From NCBI GenBank assembly GCA_963681965.1, contig OY820579.1, forward strand, positions 1,760,001-1,824,000: a stretch of 64,000 nucleotides of DNA, read 5' to 3'. This document shows positions 48,973-57,555 of the stretch, piece by piece; position 1 is the stretch's first letter, and each line of letters starts with the position of its first letter. Below the pieces are notes generated by a model. The model did not search any database and was not told the DNA's origin. It worked only from the letters and a program-made list of their open reading frames with translations. Made by a program: the position numbers and the translations under genes. The stretch comes from a bacterium. Lineage in GTDB: Bacteria; Electryoneota; JAOADG01.

Positions 48973-51900
48973 AGCGAACGACTGCCTACTCGATTTTAGG
49001 AATATCGCTCCTGCTGCTGATTGGAGTGGCGTTTGCGCAAGTAACTCCATTCAATCACGCTGAATTATTATGGCGAACGATCGAAGGGAAGCACCACATC
49101 GTCCATTACCACGTCGGCGCTGAACGTACTGCTCAAATGATTTTGGATATTGCCGACGAAGTACATCAACCACTTGCCGATCTGTACAAATACGAACCGG
49201 ATACGAAAGTCAACTGGGTCATTTACGATACCGACGATTATGCCAACGGCGCGACGTATTTCCTGAACAATCGCATCGTGATCTGGGCACCGGCACTCGA
49301 TTTTGAATTTCGTGGTACGCATAATTGGCTTCGAAATGTTGTGACGCATGAATATACTCATATGATTCAACTCGGAGCTGCACGGAAGTGGTCGCGACAG
49401 ATGCCGGCGATCTACGGACAGTATATCGGTTATGAACCGGAAACCCGACCCGATGTTCTGTATGGTTTCCCGAATCGGATCATGAGTTACCCACTATCCA
49501 ATACTACCGTTCCTCATTGGTTTGCCGAAGGAACAGCACAATCGATGCGCCGCGGAATGAATTACGATTATCGCGATAGCCACCGCGAGATGCTTCTTCG
49601 CTCTCGAGCGCTTGCCGACAATTTGTTGACGATGGATGAGATGGGTGTCTTCGAGAAGACTAGTCTTGGCGGCGAATTGGTTTACAACCAGGGATTTGCG
49701 TTAGTTCAATACATAATCGACCGGTTCGGTGAAACTGCTTTAAGAACACTATCTGAATCACTCGGGTCAATGTCGGTTTGGTCGTTCGATGCCGCGTGCC
49801 GGAAGACACTGGGTATACCGGCTCAGAAGCTTTACGATGAATGGGTTCGCGCGATGAAGGAAACCTATCGCGTGCGCACTGAAACAATACGCCAGCACGA
49901 AGTGACCGGTCGATTGTTGGAAGAAGATGGCTTTGCTAATCTATATCCACGATGGTCGATCGACGGGAAAAAAATATACTTTACCTCGAATAAGGAAAAG
50001 GATTATTTCGGTGGATCGTCGTTGGTCGAGATGAATCTTGCAACCGGTAAGAAAGAGAAGCTCGTCAAAACAATGGCACCCTTTGCAGTTCACCCGAATG
50101 GCAAAGGATTGATCTATTCGGAACAACCGTTACAAAAGGGGCAGCGACGACTCGACGATCTATTCTTCTACGATTTTGCGAAGAAAAAATCCTACCGGCT
50201 GACTTATGCCGAACGTGCGCAACAACCCGATGTTTCATCGGATGGGAAAAAGATTGTCGCCGTCACGCAATCCGACGGAACGATGAATCTTGTCGTGTTT
50301 GAACTTCCCGATTCGATCAAAGCCGATGTGAAGCAAAAAGCACAACTGAAGAAACGAGTATTGACATCCTATGTCAATGGCGAACAATTATCTCACCCTC
50401 GATTTTCACCTGACGGAAATAAAATTCTTTATTCTTTCGCACGCGAACAAAACCGCGATCTATTCGAATTCGATCTAACGACAAATACTTCCACGCTACT
50501 GCGCGCGAGTAAATGGGATGACCGCGACGTCGCATGGTCAAAAGATGGTCAGTGGATCTATTTTTCCAGCGACTCAACTGGTATCTGGAATATTTACCGG
50601 ATGCGTAGCGATCGCACAATCATCGAACCGGTGACGAATGTTGTCGGCGGTGCTCTGCTCGGTGAACCATCGCCGGATGGTGCGAAATTGGCATTCTGTC
50701 GATACGAATCGACCGGCTATAAGTTAGCATTATTGGATAAAATCGAACCAGTCGATCGAGCATACATGCAGTATCAACAGAACTATGCTCAATCGCTGCC
50801 GAATGTGTCGATACCCGATTCGATGCCACCGGCGAAACCAGTCATGAAATACAAACCGGCATTCGAGAAAACCTATATTCTTCCGCGAATTGCTTGGGAT
50901 TACGGTCGTTTCAAACCCGGTTTCTATGTCTATACGAACGATTATCTGGAAAAATTGAACCTGTTCGGTGGCTTTGCGATTAATGGTAAGAAGGACTACG
51001 ACTTGTATTTGTCGACCGACTACCGACAACTTCCACCGACGTTGTTCATGGACTTTTACAATATCGTCCGTCACGACGATAAACGATTCGATGATCCGCT
51101 CCGAATTGTTGGTCAATCCGGTCACGGTGATTCAGCCCAACCGATTTATGCACAATATGGAACAAAATATAAGTTCACGTTGCTCGAATTGGATATCGGT
51201 TTCCGGTACAATATCGATGAGAAGACTGTTGCCAGTTTGTATGGTATGTTCTCGCGCTACAGTGCGGCACTAGATTTCGACGACGGTTCATCATCGTTTG
51301 GTTACACGTATTTCAAAGGTCACAGTCTTGTCGCTTCGCTTACGCAAACCGCAATTACGCGCAGTGTAACCGATGACATCAATCCGTCCGGTGGTTATCA
51401 ATTCGGAATTCGGGCGCAACGCTCGCAGCACAATTACATCCAAGGGTTCACCATCAACGCCGATAAACTGACACTGCAGGAAGTCTATTCACCCTACAAT
51501 TACTGGCAGTTGGAAGGATCGTTTAATTATTATCAGAAGCTCTGGCATAAATGGGTGATGTCGCCGTCGGTTAAACTTGGTTATATCGATCGTAACGTCG
51601 ATCCATTCATGAATCTTTATGCCGGTGGTTTGTTCGGGATGCGCGGCTATTCGTTCTATAGTCTTGGTGGTACTCGCACGACTATTGCACAACTAGCACA
51701 GGAACTCCCGTTGTGGGAGCCGATGGGCAAACGACAGTATCTCGGTTGGGTACATCCGATAAGCGTCTATGCCAATCTATTCGCCGATGTCGGATCGGCA
51801 TGGCGTGGCGATGTGCAACATGCAAAATGGGTGCGGGATTTGGGTGGTGAATTGCGGTTTGGTTCGATATCGGTATTCAGTTATCCTACCGCGATCACGT

Positions 51901-52055
51901 TGTCGGCAGCACGCGGATTAGACCGGGTATCGGTGACCGAAAACGACAATACGACCGTATATGCGCCCCAGTGGCGATATTACTTCACAATTTTATTTGG
52001 ATTTACTCAACCGCCGACTGGAATACAACCAGCTCGTGCGATTGACCGGCAGTAA
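48969..52055 (+). CDS. Gluzincin-like peptidase + PD40/TolB propeller + Omp85-type beta-barrel fusion
   Basis: Signal peptide; HEYTH and PHWFAEGTA; PRWSIDGK, PRFSPDGN, WSKDG, PSPDG repeats; GMRGY and FADVGSAW barrel motifs. Confidence 0.85.
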   Translation: MKRTTAYSILGISLLLLIGVAFAQVTPFNHAELLWRTIEGKHHIVHYHVGAERTAQMILDIADEVHQPLADLYKYEPDTKVNWVIYDTDDYANGATYFLNNRIVIWAPALDFEFRGTHNWLRNVVTHEYTHMIQLGAARKWSRQMPAIYGQYIGYEPETRPDVLYGFPNRIMSYPLSNTTVPHWFAEGTAQSMRRGMNYDYRDSHREMLLRSRALADNLLTMDEMGVFEKTSLGGELVYNQGFALVQYIIDRFGETALRTLSESLGSMSVWSFDAACRKTLGIPAQKLYDEWVRAMKETYRVRTETIRQHEVTGRLLEEDGFANLYPRWSIDGKKIYFTSNKEKDYFGGSSLVEMNLATGKKEKLVKTMAPFAVHPNGKGLIYSEQPLQKGQRRLDDLFFYDFAKKKSYRLTYAERAQQPDVSSDGKKIVAVTQSDGTMNLVVFELPDSIKADVKQKAQLKKRVLTSYVNGEQLSHPRFSPDGNKILYSFAREQNRDLFEFDLTTNTSTLLRASKWDDRDVAWSKDGQWIYFSSDSTGIWNIYRMRSDRTIIEPVTNVVGGALLGEPSPDGAKLAFCRYESTGYKLALLDKIEPVDRAYMQYQQNYAQSLPNVSIPDSMPPAKPVMKYKPAFEKTYILPRIAWDYGRFKPGFYVYTNDYLEKLNLFGGFAINGKKDYDLYLSTDYRQLPPTLFMDFYNIVRHDDKRFDDPLRIVGQSGHGDSAQPIYAQYGTKYKFTLLELDIGFRYNIDEKTVASLYGMFSRYSAALDFDDGSSSFGYTYFKGHSLVASLTQTAITRSVTDDINPSGGYQFGIRAQRSQHNYIQGFTINADKLTLQEVYSPYNYWQLEGSFNYYQKLWHKWVMSPSVKLGYIDRNVDPFMNLYAGGLFGMRGYSFYSLGGTRTTIAQLAQELPLWEPMGKRQYLGWVHPISVYANLFADVGSAWRGDVQHAKWVRDLGGELRFGSISVFSYPTAITLSAARGLDRVSVTENDNTTVYAPQWRYYFTILFGFTQPPTGIQPARAIDRQ

Positions 52056-52086
52056 CAAAACGACGCGTTAACAGGAGGTAGTAAGA

Positions 52087-53004
52087 ATGTGGTATAAATT
52101 AATCATTTTGGTTTTAGCGTTGTGTTCGATTTCCTTCGCGATACCGTACAAGGAAGCGGATAATTCCGATAATATGCAACCATTACCGAAGTCACTCAGT
52201 CAACTTCAGCATGAGCGCGAAATCAAACTGGTGGCAGCGATGGAAAGTGGTGCCCCAACCGATTCGACAACTGCTGCTCCGGTAAAAGGTCCGAATATGG
52301 GCAAAGCGATGTTGTTATCGGCGATCATGCCCGGAACCGGTCAACTCTACATCGGAAGCAAATGGAAAGGGTATACTTTCCTAGGAATCGAAGCCGCTGC
52401 TTGGACAATGGCAATCATGTACAATGTCAAAGGCAACCAAACAACGAAAGATTTTCAGAATTATGCCGAATCCCACTGGGGTGTAAACGAATCCTTATAT
52501 CGCCAAAAGGAATTCTATTACGCGACATTGAATAGTCTCCCCTCGCGAATTTCTTCGACACCTTATCAGGGAACCCGTGCCGATTGGGATTTATTGAGCT
52601 GGGATGACAAATCGAAATATTTACCATCGAACTTCACCCACGAACTGCCGTCATCGCATAATCAGCAATGGTACGAAATGATTGGTAAGTATTTGACGCA
52701 ATTCGGTCCCTTCTGGGATGACGCCGATACTTCGTCTTCGGCATACAGTGCGACCGGCGTTTGGTCAGGATCCAGTACAACTGCCAATAAATACGCCGAC
52801 AAACGATATGATGCGAACAAGCAATTGAAAGCCGGAAATACAATGTTCATGGTTGTAATGATCAATCACGTATTGTCCGCAACGGACGCTGTATTATCGG
52901 TTAAAGCGATGAACAATCGAACCGTCCAAACTGCCGTTCGATTGGAACAGCGAAGCTTCAACAATGAAGTAGTCACGATGCCAACACTTCATATTACGTT
53001 CTGA
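52087..53004 (+). CDS. Exported DUF5683-like membrane protein
   Basis: Signal peptide; KAMLLSAIMPGTGQLY, QQWYEMIGKY, NHVLSATDA. Confidence 0.7.
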   Translation: MWYKLIILVLALCSISFAIPYKEADNSDNMQPLPKSLSQLQHEREIKLVAAMESGAPTDSTTAAPVKGPNMGKAMLLSAIMPGTGQLYIGSKWKGYTFLGIEAAAWTMAIMYNVKGNQTTKDFQNYAESHWGVNESLYRQKEFYYATLNSLPSRISSTPYQGTRADWDLLSWDDKSKYLPSNFTHELPSSHNQQWYEMIGKYLTQFGPFWDDADTSSSAYSATGVWSGSSTTANKYADKRYDANKQLKAGNTMFMVVMINHVLSATDAVLSVKAMNNRTVQTAVRLEQRSFNNEVVTMPTLHITF

Positions 53005-53006
53005 CA

Positions 53007-53642
53007 ATGAAACGACTCTATCTGGTAATTTTTTCTGGATTGATTGCGCTGACGTCGTTTGCGCAACCGCTCCCGCGTCCGAAAGCACCTACCGGTTCAA
53101 CGGTATTTTTCAAGTCGCTGTTGTTACCGGGATGGGGGCAGATGTCGCAGGGAAGACCAAAAGAGGCTACAATTTTCCTGTCATCCGAAGCGATCCTAAT
53201 TGTTACTACATTTGGTTTGCAAACCTACGGTGATTGGCTCAAAAGCGACTATCGATCGGTAGCAGCGCTCTATGCCGGGATCCCGAATGGCGGTAATCGG
53301 AACCATACAATGTATGTCGATATGGGAAATTGGAATACCGTGGAAGAATTCAATGCTGCACGACAACGCGATCGCGAATATGATCGACAATATTTGAAAG
53401 CCGAGGATCAGTGGCGCTGGACGAATGATTCCGAACGAAGGCGTTTTAAAGCGCTTCGTTTGAAATCGGATAAAGTATTGGAATCGGTTAAATTCTCGAT
53501 CGGTGCGGTAGTCGTCAATCATTTTATTGCCGCAATTGAAGCATCAGCATTCGAACGTAAGAAAGTGAAAAACCCGTCGATCGGTGTCACGATGTCGGGA
53601 ACAACGAGCGAACCACAGGTTCGACTTCATGTGAATTGGTAA
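53007..53642 (+). CDS. Exported DUF5683-like membrane protein (distant paralog of the upstream gene)
   Basis: Signal peptide; KSLLLPGWGQ, WRW, NHFIAAIEA. Confidence 0.7.
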   Translation: MKRLYLVIFSGLIALTSFAQPLPRPKAPTGSTVFFKSLLLPGWGQMSQGRPKEATIFLSSEAILIVTTFGLQTYGDWLKSDYRSVAALYAGIPNGGNRNHTMYVDMGNWNTVEEFNAARQRDREYDRQYLKAEDQWRWTNDSERRRFKALRLKSDKVLESVKFSIGAVVVNHFIAAIEASAFERKKVKNPSIGVTMSGTTSEPQVRLHVNW

Positions 53643-53657
53643 ACTTCTGTTACGCGG

Positions 53658-53694
53658 AAAACGGGCAACTCGTCTGAGTTCGCCCGTTTTTTTT
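53658..53694 (+). terminator. Intrinsic terminator closing the porU operon
   Basis: AAAACGGGC-AACTC-GTCT-GAGTT-C-GCCCGTTTT followed by TTTT. Confidence 0.9.
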
Positions 53695-53715
53695 CGAAGA
53701 ACATATCAATCAGGA

Positions 53716-53744
53716 TTGACGGGAACAGTGAATTCGGTTACTTT
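53716..53744 (+). promoter_or_regulatory. Sigma-70-type promoter, probably giving a leaderless transcript
   Basis: TTGACG-17 nt-TACTTT, with only 5 nt between the -10 box and ATG 53750. Confidence 0.65.
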
Positions 53745-53749
53745 TTAGT

Positions 53750-54637
53750 ATGAAGAGACGAATCTTAATAACGGGTGCATCCGGATATCTTGGGGGGCAT
53801 CTAGTTCTCACTGCTCCACAGGATTGCGAGTGTTTCGCTATGTACCGGTCGGCTCGACCTGAAAGCGATTTTGGTGCTCATTGGATTCAGGGCGATTTAA
53901 TCGATGCTTCGCTTCCACATCAGCTAATCCGGGATATTCGACCCGATGCGATTATTCACAATGCCGCCTTATCGAAACCGGAAGAATGCGACGACAATCC
54001 CGATCTTGCCAATGAAATCAATATCGAAGCTACCGATCGTCTAGCTACTGTGTCCGATCAGACCAGTACCCGCTTTATATTTTTGTCTACCGATATGGTT
54101 TTCGATGGGAATCATCCCCCATATACCGAGTCATCCCTGCCAAACCCCATTCACCGCTATGGAATTACCAAAGTTACTGCTGAACGTCGAATTGCGAATA
54201 GATCGGATAAACATGCAATTGTACGTTCTTCCGTGATCTTCGGACCACAAGGGATCTTCAATTCCAATTTTGCCATGCATCTGATTGACCACTGGCAACT
54301 CGGCGAGCCGACCAATGTATTTGTCGACCAATTCCGAAATCACGTATCGGTGAAATGGTTGTGTCAAGCCTTGTATGAACTGACCGAATCCGCTTTCTCC
54401 GGGATCTTGCATCTTGGTGGCGGGGAATCGACGAGTCGAGCCGAATTTGCCCACTGTCTCGCGAAACGCTTGAATTATCCCGACCAATTGTTGACTGAAA
54501 CCTCTTTAGTTGGTAAGTTGCTTGCGCCTCGACCTCGAGATTTAACGTTCGATGTGCAATTAGCCAGATCGGTTTTGAAAACTTCACCGCTCACACTGGC
54601 GCAAGGTATTGCGTTGGAGTGGGCACAAATACTGTAA
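53750..54637 (+). CDS. RmlD-like SDR family oxidoreductase
   Basis: ITGASGYLG, HNAA, LSTDMVFDG, YGITK, DQFR. Confidence 0.88.
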   Translation: MKRRILITGASGYLGGHLVLTAPQDCECFAMYRSARPESDFGAHWIQGDLIDASLPHQLIRDIRPDAIIHNAALSKPEECDDNPDLANEINIEATDRLATVSDQTSTRFIFLSTDMVFDGNHPPYTESSLPNPIHRYGITKVTAERRIANRSDKHAIVRSSVIFGPQGIFNSNFAMHLIDHWQLGEPTNVFVDQFRNHVSVKWLCQALYELTESAFSGILHLGGGESTSRAEFAHCLAKRLNYPDQLLTETSLVGKLLAPRPRDLTFDVQLARSVLKTSPLTLAQGIALEWAQIL

Positions 54638-54641
54638 TGCC

Positions 54642-55301
54642 ATGACACCTATCGACTTATCAGCAACACAGCCCTATCTAGCGCTTGCCGGCAATATTGG
54701 CGTGGGAAAAACGACCATGACGACCCTACTGGCATCGAAATTGCGTTGGGATCCATGGTTCGAACCGGTCATCGACAATCCTTATCTCGACGACTTTTAC
54801 GCCGATATGCATCGCTGGAGTTTCCATCTCCAAATCTACTTTCTCTCGAAAAGATTCGAAGCGCAACGGCGCATCCTCGATAATTCGCGACCCTCTGTAC
54901 AGGATCGAACAATCTATGAAGATGTCGAGATCTTTGCTCGAACGCTACACAAACAGAAGTTTATGACTGATCGCGAATACGAAAACTACTCTTCGCTATT
55001 CTCTTGTATGATGGAGTATCTAAGACCACCGGATGCAATTGTATATCTACGCGCTCCGGTAGAGGTTTTGCTGGATCGAATTTCAAAACGCGGTCGCGAC
55101 TCCGAGAAGACTATTGCCAGATCATATTTGGAGGAATTGAATAACGCCTACGAAAGCTGGATCGAACGTTCAAAAGATCTAACTCAGGTGTTAATCTTCG
55201 ATACTGCCATTTTCGACAATGAAGGTGCAGATGCACTTTCAGATCGAATTATCAGTACGTTACGTGCAAGTCCACAATTATCATTCCTGCCATTTGCCTG
55301 A
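54642..55301 (+). CDS. Deoxynucleoside kinase
   Basis: AGNIGVGKTT, NPYLDDFY, LQIYFL, QDRTIYED, RISKRGRDSE. Confidence 0.95.
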   Translation: MTPIDLSATQPYLALAGNIGVGKTTMTTLLASKLRWDPWFEPVIDNPYLDDFYADMHRWSFHLQIYFLSKRFEAQRRILDNSRPSVQDRTIYEDVEIFARTLHKQKFMTDREYENYSSLFSCMMEYLRPPDAIVYLRAPVEVLLDRISKRGRDSEKTIARSYLEELNNAYESWIERSKDLTQVLIFDTAIFDNEGADALSDRIISTLRASPQLSFLPFA

Positions 55302-55339
55302 TCATTCCCAATCAGGCTGAACTTTTTGTAATTTAGATC

Positions 55340-55396
55340 TAGGTGTTGCAGCACACGTGCGATTAGTCGTAATCGTCACGCTGTGCTGTGTTACTA
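55340..55396 (+). promoter_or_regulatory. Long hairpin in the leader of mce
   Basis: GCAGCACA/TGTGCTGT, CGTG/CACG, CGATTA/TAATCG around a GTCG loop. Confidence 0.65.
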
Positions 55397-55425
55397 TTCA
55401 AAACAACATTAGGTGGTTATTTATT

Positions 55426-55860
55426 ATGTCACTACAATCGTTCAAAGTGCTGCAAATCGATCATCTTGGCGTTGCAGTAAAAGATTCTTCACCGATCTCG
55501 AACTTCATGTCGGTACTTGGGATTCCACAATGCGGCAATGAAATTGTGGCGGATCAGCGAGTAGCAACAACCATGTTCGACGCAAATTCCGTTCATGTCG
55601 AATTACTTGCCGCGACCGACGACCAATCGACCATCGCGAAATACATTGAGAAGCGCGGAGAAGGATTTCACCATATCGCTTTTCGCGTCGACAATCTCCA
55701 GAACGCACTGAGCGCATTGTCTGAAGCAGGGGTTCAGTTAATCGACCAAACACCGCGCAAGGGAGCAGGGGGCAAACTGATCGCGTTTCTACACCCAAAA
55801 TCCACCGGTGGCATTTTGGTCGAGCTTTCGCAAATCGATCCCGAAATGGATCATCGATAA
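55426..55860 (+). CDS. mce: Methylmalonyl-CoA epimerase
   Basis: IDHLGVAV, QRV, VELL, KRGEGFHHIAF, GAGGKLIAFLHPKSTGGILVEL. Confidence 0.95.
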   Translation: MSLQSFKVLQIDHLGVAVKDSSPISNFMSVLGIPQCGNEIVADQRVATTMFDANSVHVELLAATDDQSTIAKYIEKRGEGFHHIAFRVDNLQNALSALSEAGVQLIDQTPRKGAGGKLIAFLHPKSTGGILVELSQIDPEMDHR

Positions 55861-55881
55861 GTCGAGATACTGGAGAACGAA

Positions 55882-57075
55882 ATGAGCAACTACATCGATC
55901 CGAATTGGAAGATGTCAACGTTAGTATGTCACGGTGCCGGTGGATCCGATCCCGCTACTGGTGCTCACTGCAAACCGATTTATCAAACATCGACTTTTGC
56001 CTTCCGCGATGCCGATCACGGCGAAAATTTATTTACTGGAAAAGAAAAAGGTTTTATCTACAGTCGTTTGGGCAATCCGACGATCGAAGGACTGGAACAC
56101 GAAATTACCTGCCTCGAGAGTGGTGTTGCCGGATTGGCGTTTGGTAGTGGCATGGCTGCAGTCAGTGCCGTGATTCTTGGTATCTGTGGAGCTGGTGAAA
56201 ACTATATCACTACTGTGCCGATTTATGGTGGAACGCATACTCTCGGTCAATCCATACTACCTCGATTCAATATCGAAAATCGGGAAGTGAATTGCTCCGA
56301 TTTGGCAGCATTGGAAGCCGCGATTGACGAAAACACCCGGTTGATCATGATTGAAACACCGGCGAATCCGACGATTCGCTTGGTCGATATCGAAGAGTGT
56401 GTGAAAATTGCCCGTCGACACAATGTTGTATTGGCAATCGACAATACATTCGCAACCCCCTATCTCCAAAATCCATTGAAAATGGGCGCCGATATCGTAT
56501 TGCATTCGGCAACAAAATATATCAGCGGTCACGGCGATACGGTAGCCGGGCTAGTTGTCTGTTCGACCGAAGAACTGAAATTAAAAATTCAACCCATTCA
56601 GCACGATATCGGTGGTGTTATCTCGCCGTTCAACGCGTTCCTGTTGTTACGCGGATTGAAAACTCTGGCTGTGCGGATGGATCGACACTGTATGAATGCG
56701 TTGAAAGTAGCACAATATCTATCTTTCCATCCGAAAGTAGCTGAGGTATGGTATCCCGGCTTATCAACACACCCCGATCATGAATTGGCTAAAAAACAGA
56801 TGCGCGATTTCGGAGGTATGGTTTCATTTATTCTAAAAGGTGGTAGATCTGCTGGCAAAACGGTATTGAATAACGTTAAACTGGCGGTAAATGCTGTTTC
56901 ACTCGGCGATACCGATACTTTGATCGTTCATCCGGCAACGACTACTCATAGTAGTTACTCGCCTGAAGCACTGAAACTTGCCGGTATGGATGAAGGATTA
57001 GTTCGACTTTCGGTTGGTATCGAAGATTATCACGATATAATCGACGACTTGTCTCAAGCGCTAAAACAAGTCTAG
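55882..57075 (+). CDS. Cys/Met metabolism PLP-dependent enzyme (methionine gamma-lyase-like)
   Basis: PIYQTSTF, YSRLGNPT, ETPANP, DNTFATP, HSATKYISGHGD, AVSLGD; YGGT rather than YGCT leaves specificity open. Confidence 0.9.
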   Translation: MSNYIDPNWKMSTLVCHGAGGSDPATGAHCKPIYQTSTFAFRDADHGENLFTGKEKGFIYSRLGNPTIEGLEHEITCLESGVAGLAFGSGMAAVSAVILGICGAGENYITTVPIYGGTHTLGQSILPRFNIENREVNCSDLAALEAAIDENTRLIMIETPANPTIRLVDIEECVKIARRHNVVLAIDNTFATPYLQNPLKMGADIVLHSATKYISGHGDTVAGLVVCSTEELKLKIQPIQHDIGGVISPFNAFLLLRGLKTLAVRMDRHCMNALKVAQYLSFHPKVAEVWYPGLSTHPDHELAKKQMRDFGGMVSFILKGGRSAGKTVLNNVKLAVNAVSLGDTDTLIVHPATTTHSSYSPEALKLAGMDEGLVRLSVGIEDYHDIIDDLSQALKQV

Positions 57076-57086
57076 TGGAGTAAGAT

Positions 57087-57548
57087 ATGATTCCTCTCGA
57101 AGAAATATTGAAAGCTTCCGGACTGACCCGGTCGATGAAGGATGAGTTTGTCGCAACTTTAATTGAGTTCACTGAACTTCAACACTTTGCGAAAGACCAA
57201 ACCGTTATTCACGAAGACAGTCGAGACCGGGATATGTTTATCCTAGTGGAGGGAAAGGTTTCGATTAACCTTTTCGTTCCCGGAACGCTGGATCGAATGG
57301 AATCGATTGTCACACTTCGTGCCTATCAAGTGTTCGGAGAATTTTCGTTAATTGATGGTGCCCCGCGCTCGGCAGCCGTTAAAGCGGATACCGATATCGT
57401 GGTATATCGACTGAGTGCTGAGAAGCTACTGCATTATTGCGAAACGAATTGCGAATTCGGATACCGCTTGATGCAGAATCTGGCAGCAATTCTCGCAGCG
57501 CGAATCCGCGATACGACGTTATTGGTTCGCAACAATATTATTTGGTGA
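57087..57548 (+). CDS. Stand-alone cyclic-nucleotide-binding domain protein
   Basis: MFILVEGKV, FGEFSLIDGAPRSAAV; no HTH. Confidence 0.92.
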   Translation: MIPLEEILKASGLTRSMKDEFVATLIEFTELQHFAKDQTVIHEDSRDRDMFILVEGKVSINLFVPGTLDRMESIVTLRAYQVFGEFSLIDGAPRSAAVKADTDIVVYRLSAEKLLHYCETNCEFGYRLMQNLAAILAARIRDTTLLVRNNIIW

Positions 57549-57555
57549 TGTAATT

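Noticed and set aside
53750-54637. Second true rfbD gene
   Set aside because: RmlD-like fold but divergent and outside the glycan locus; left as an SDR of unknown substrate
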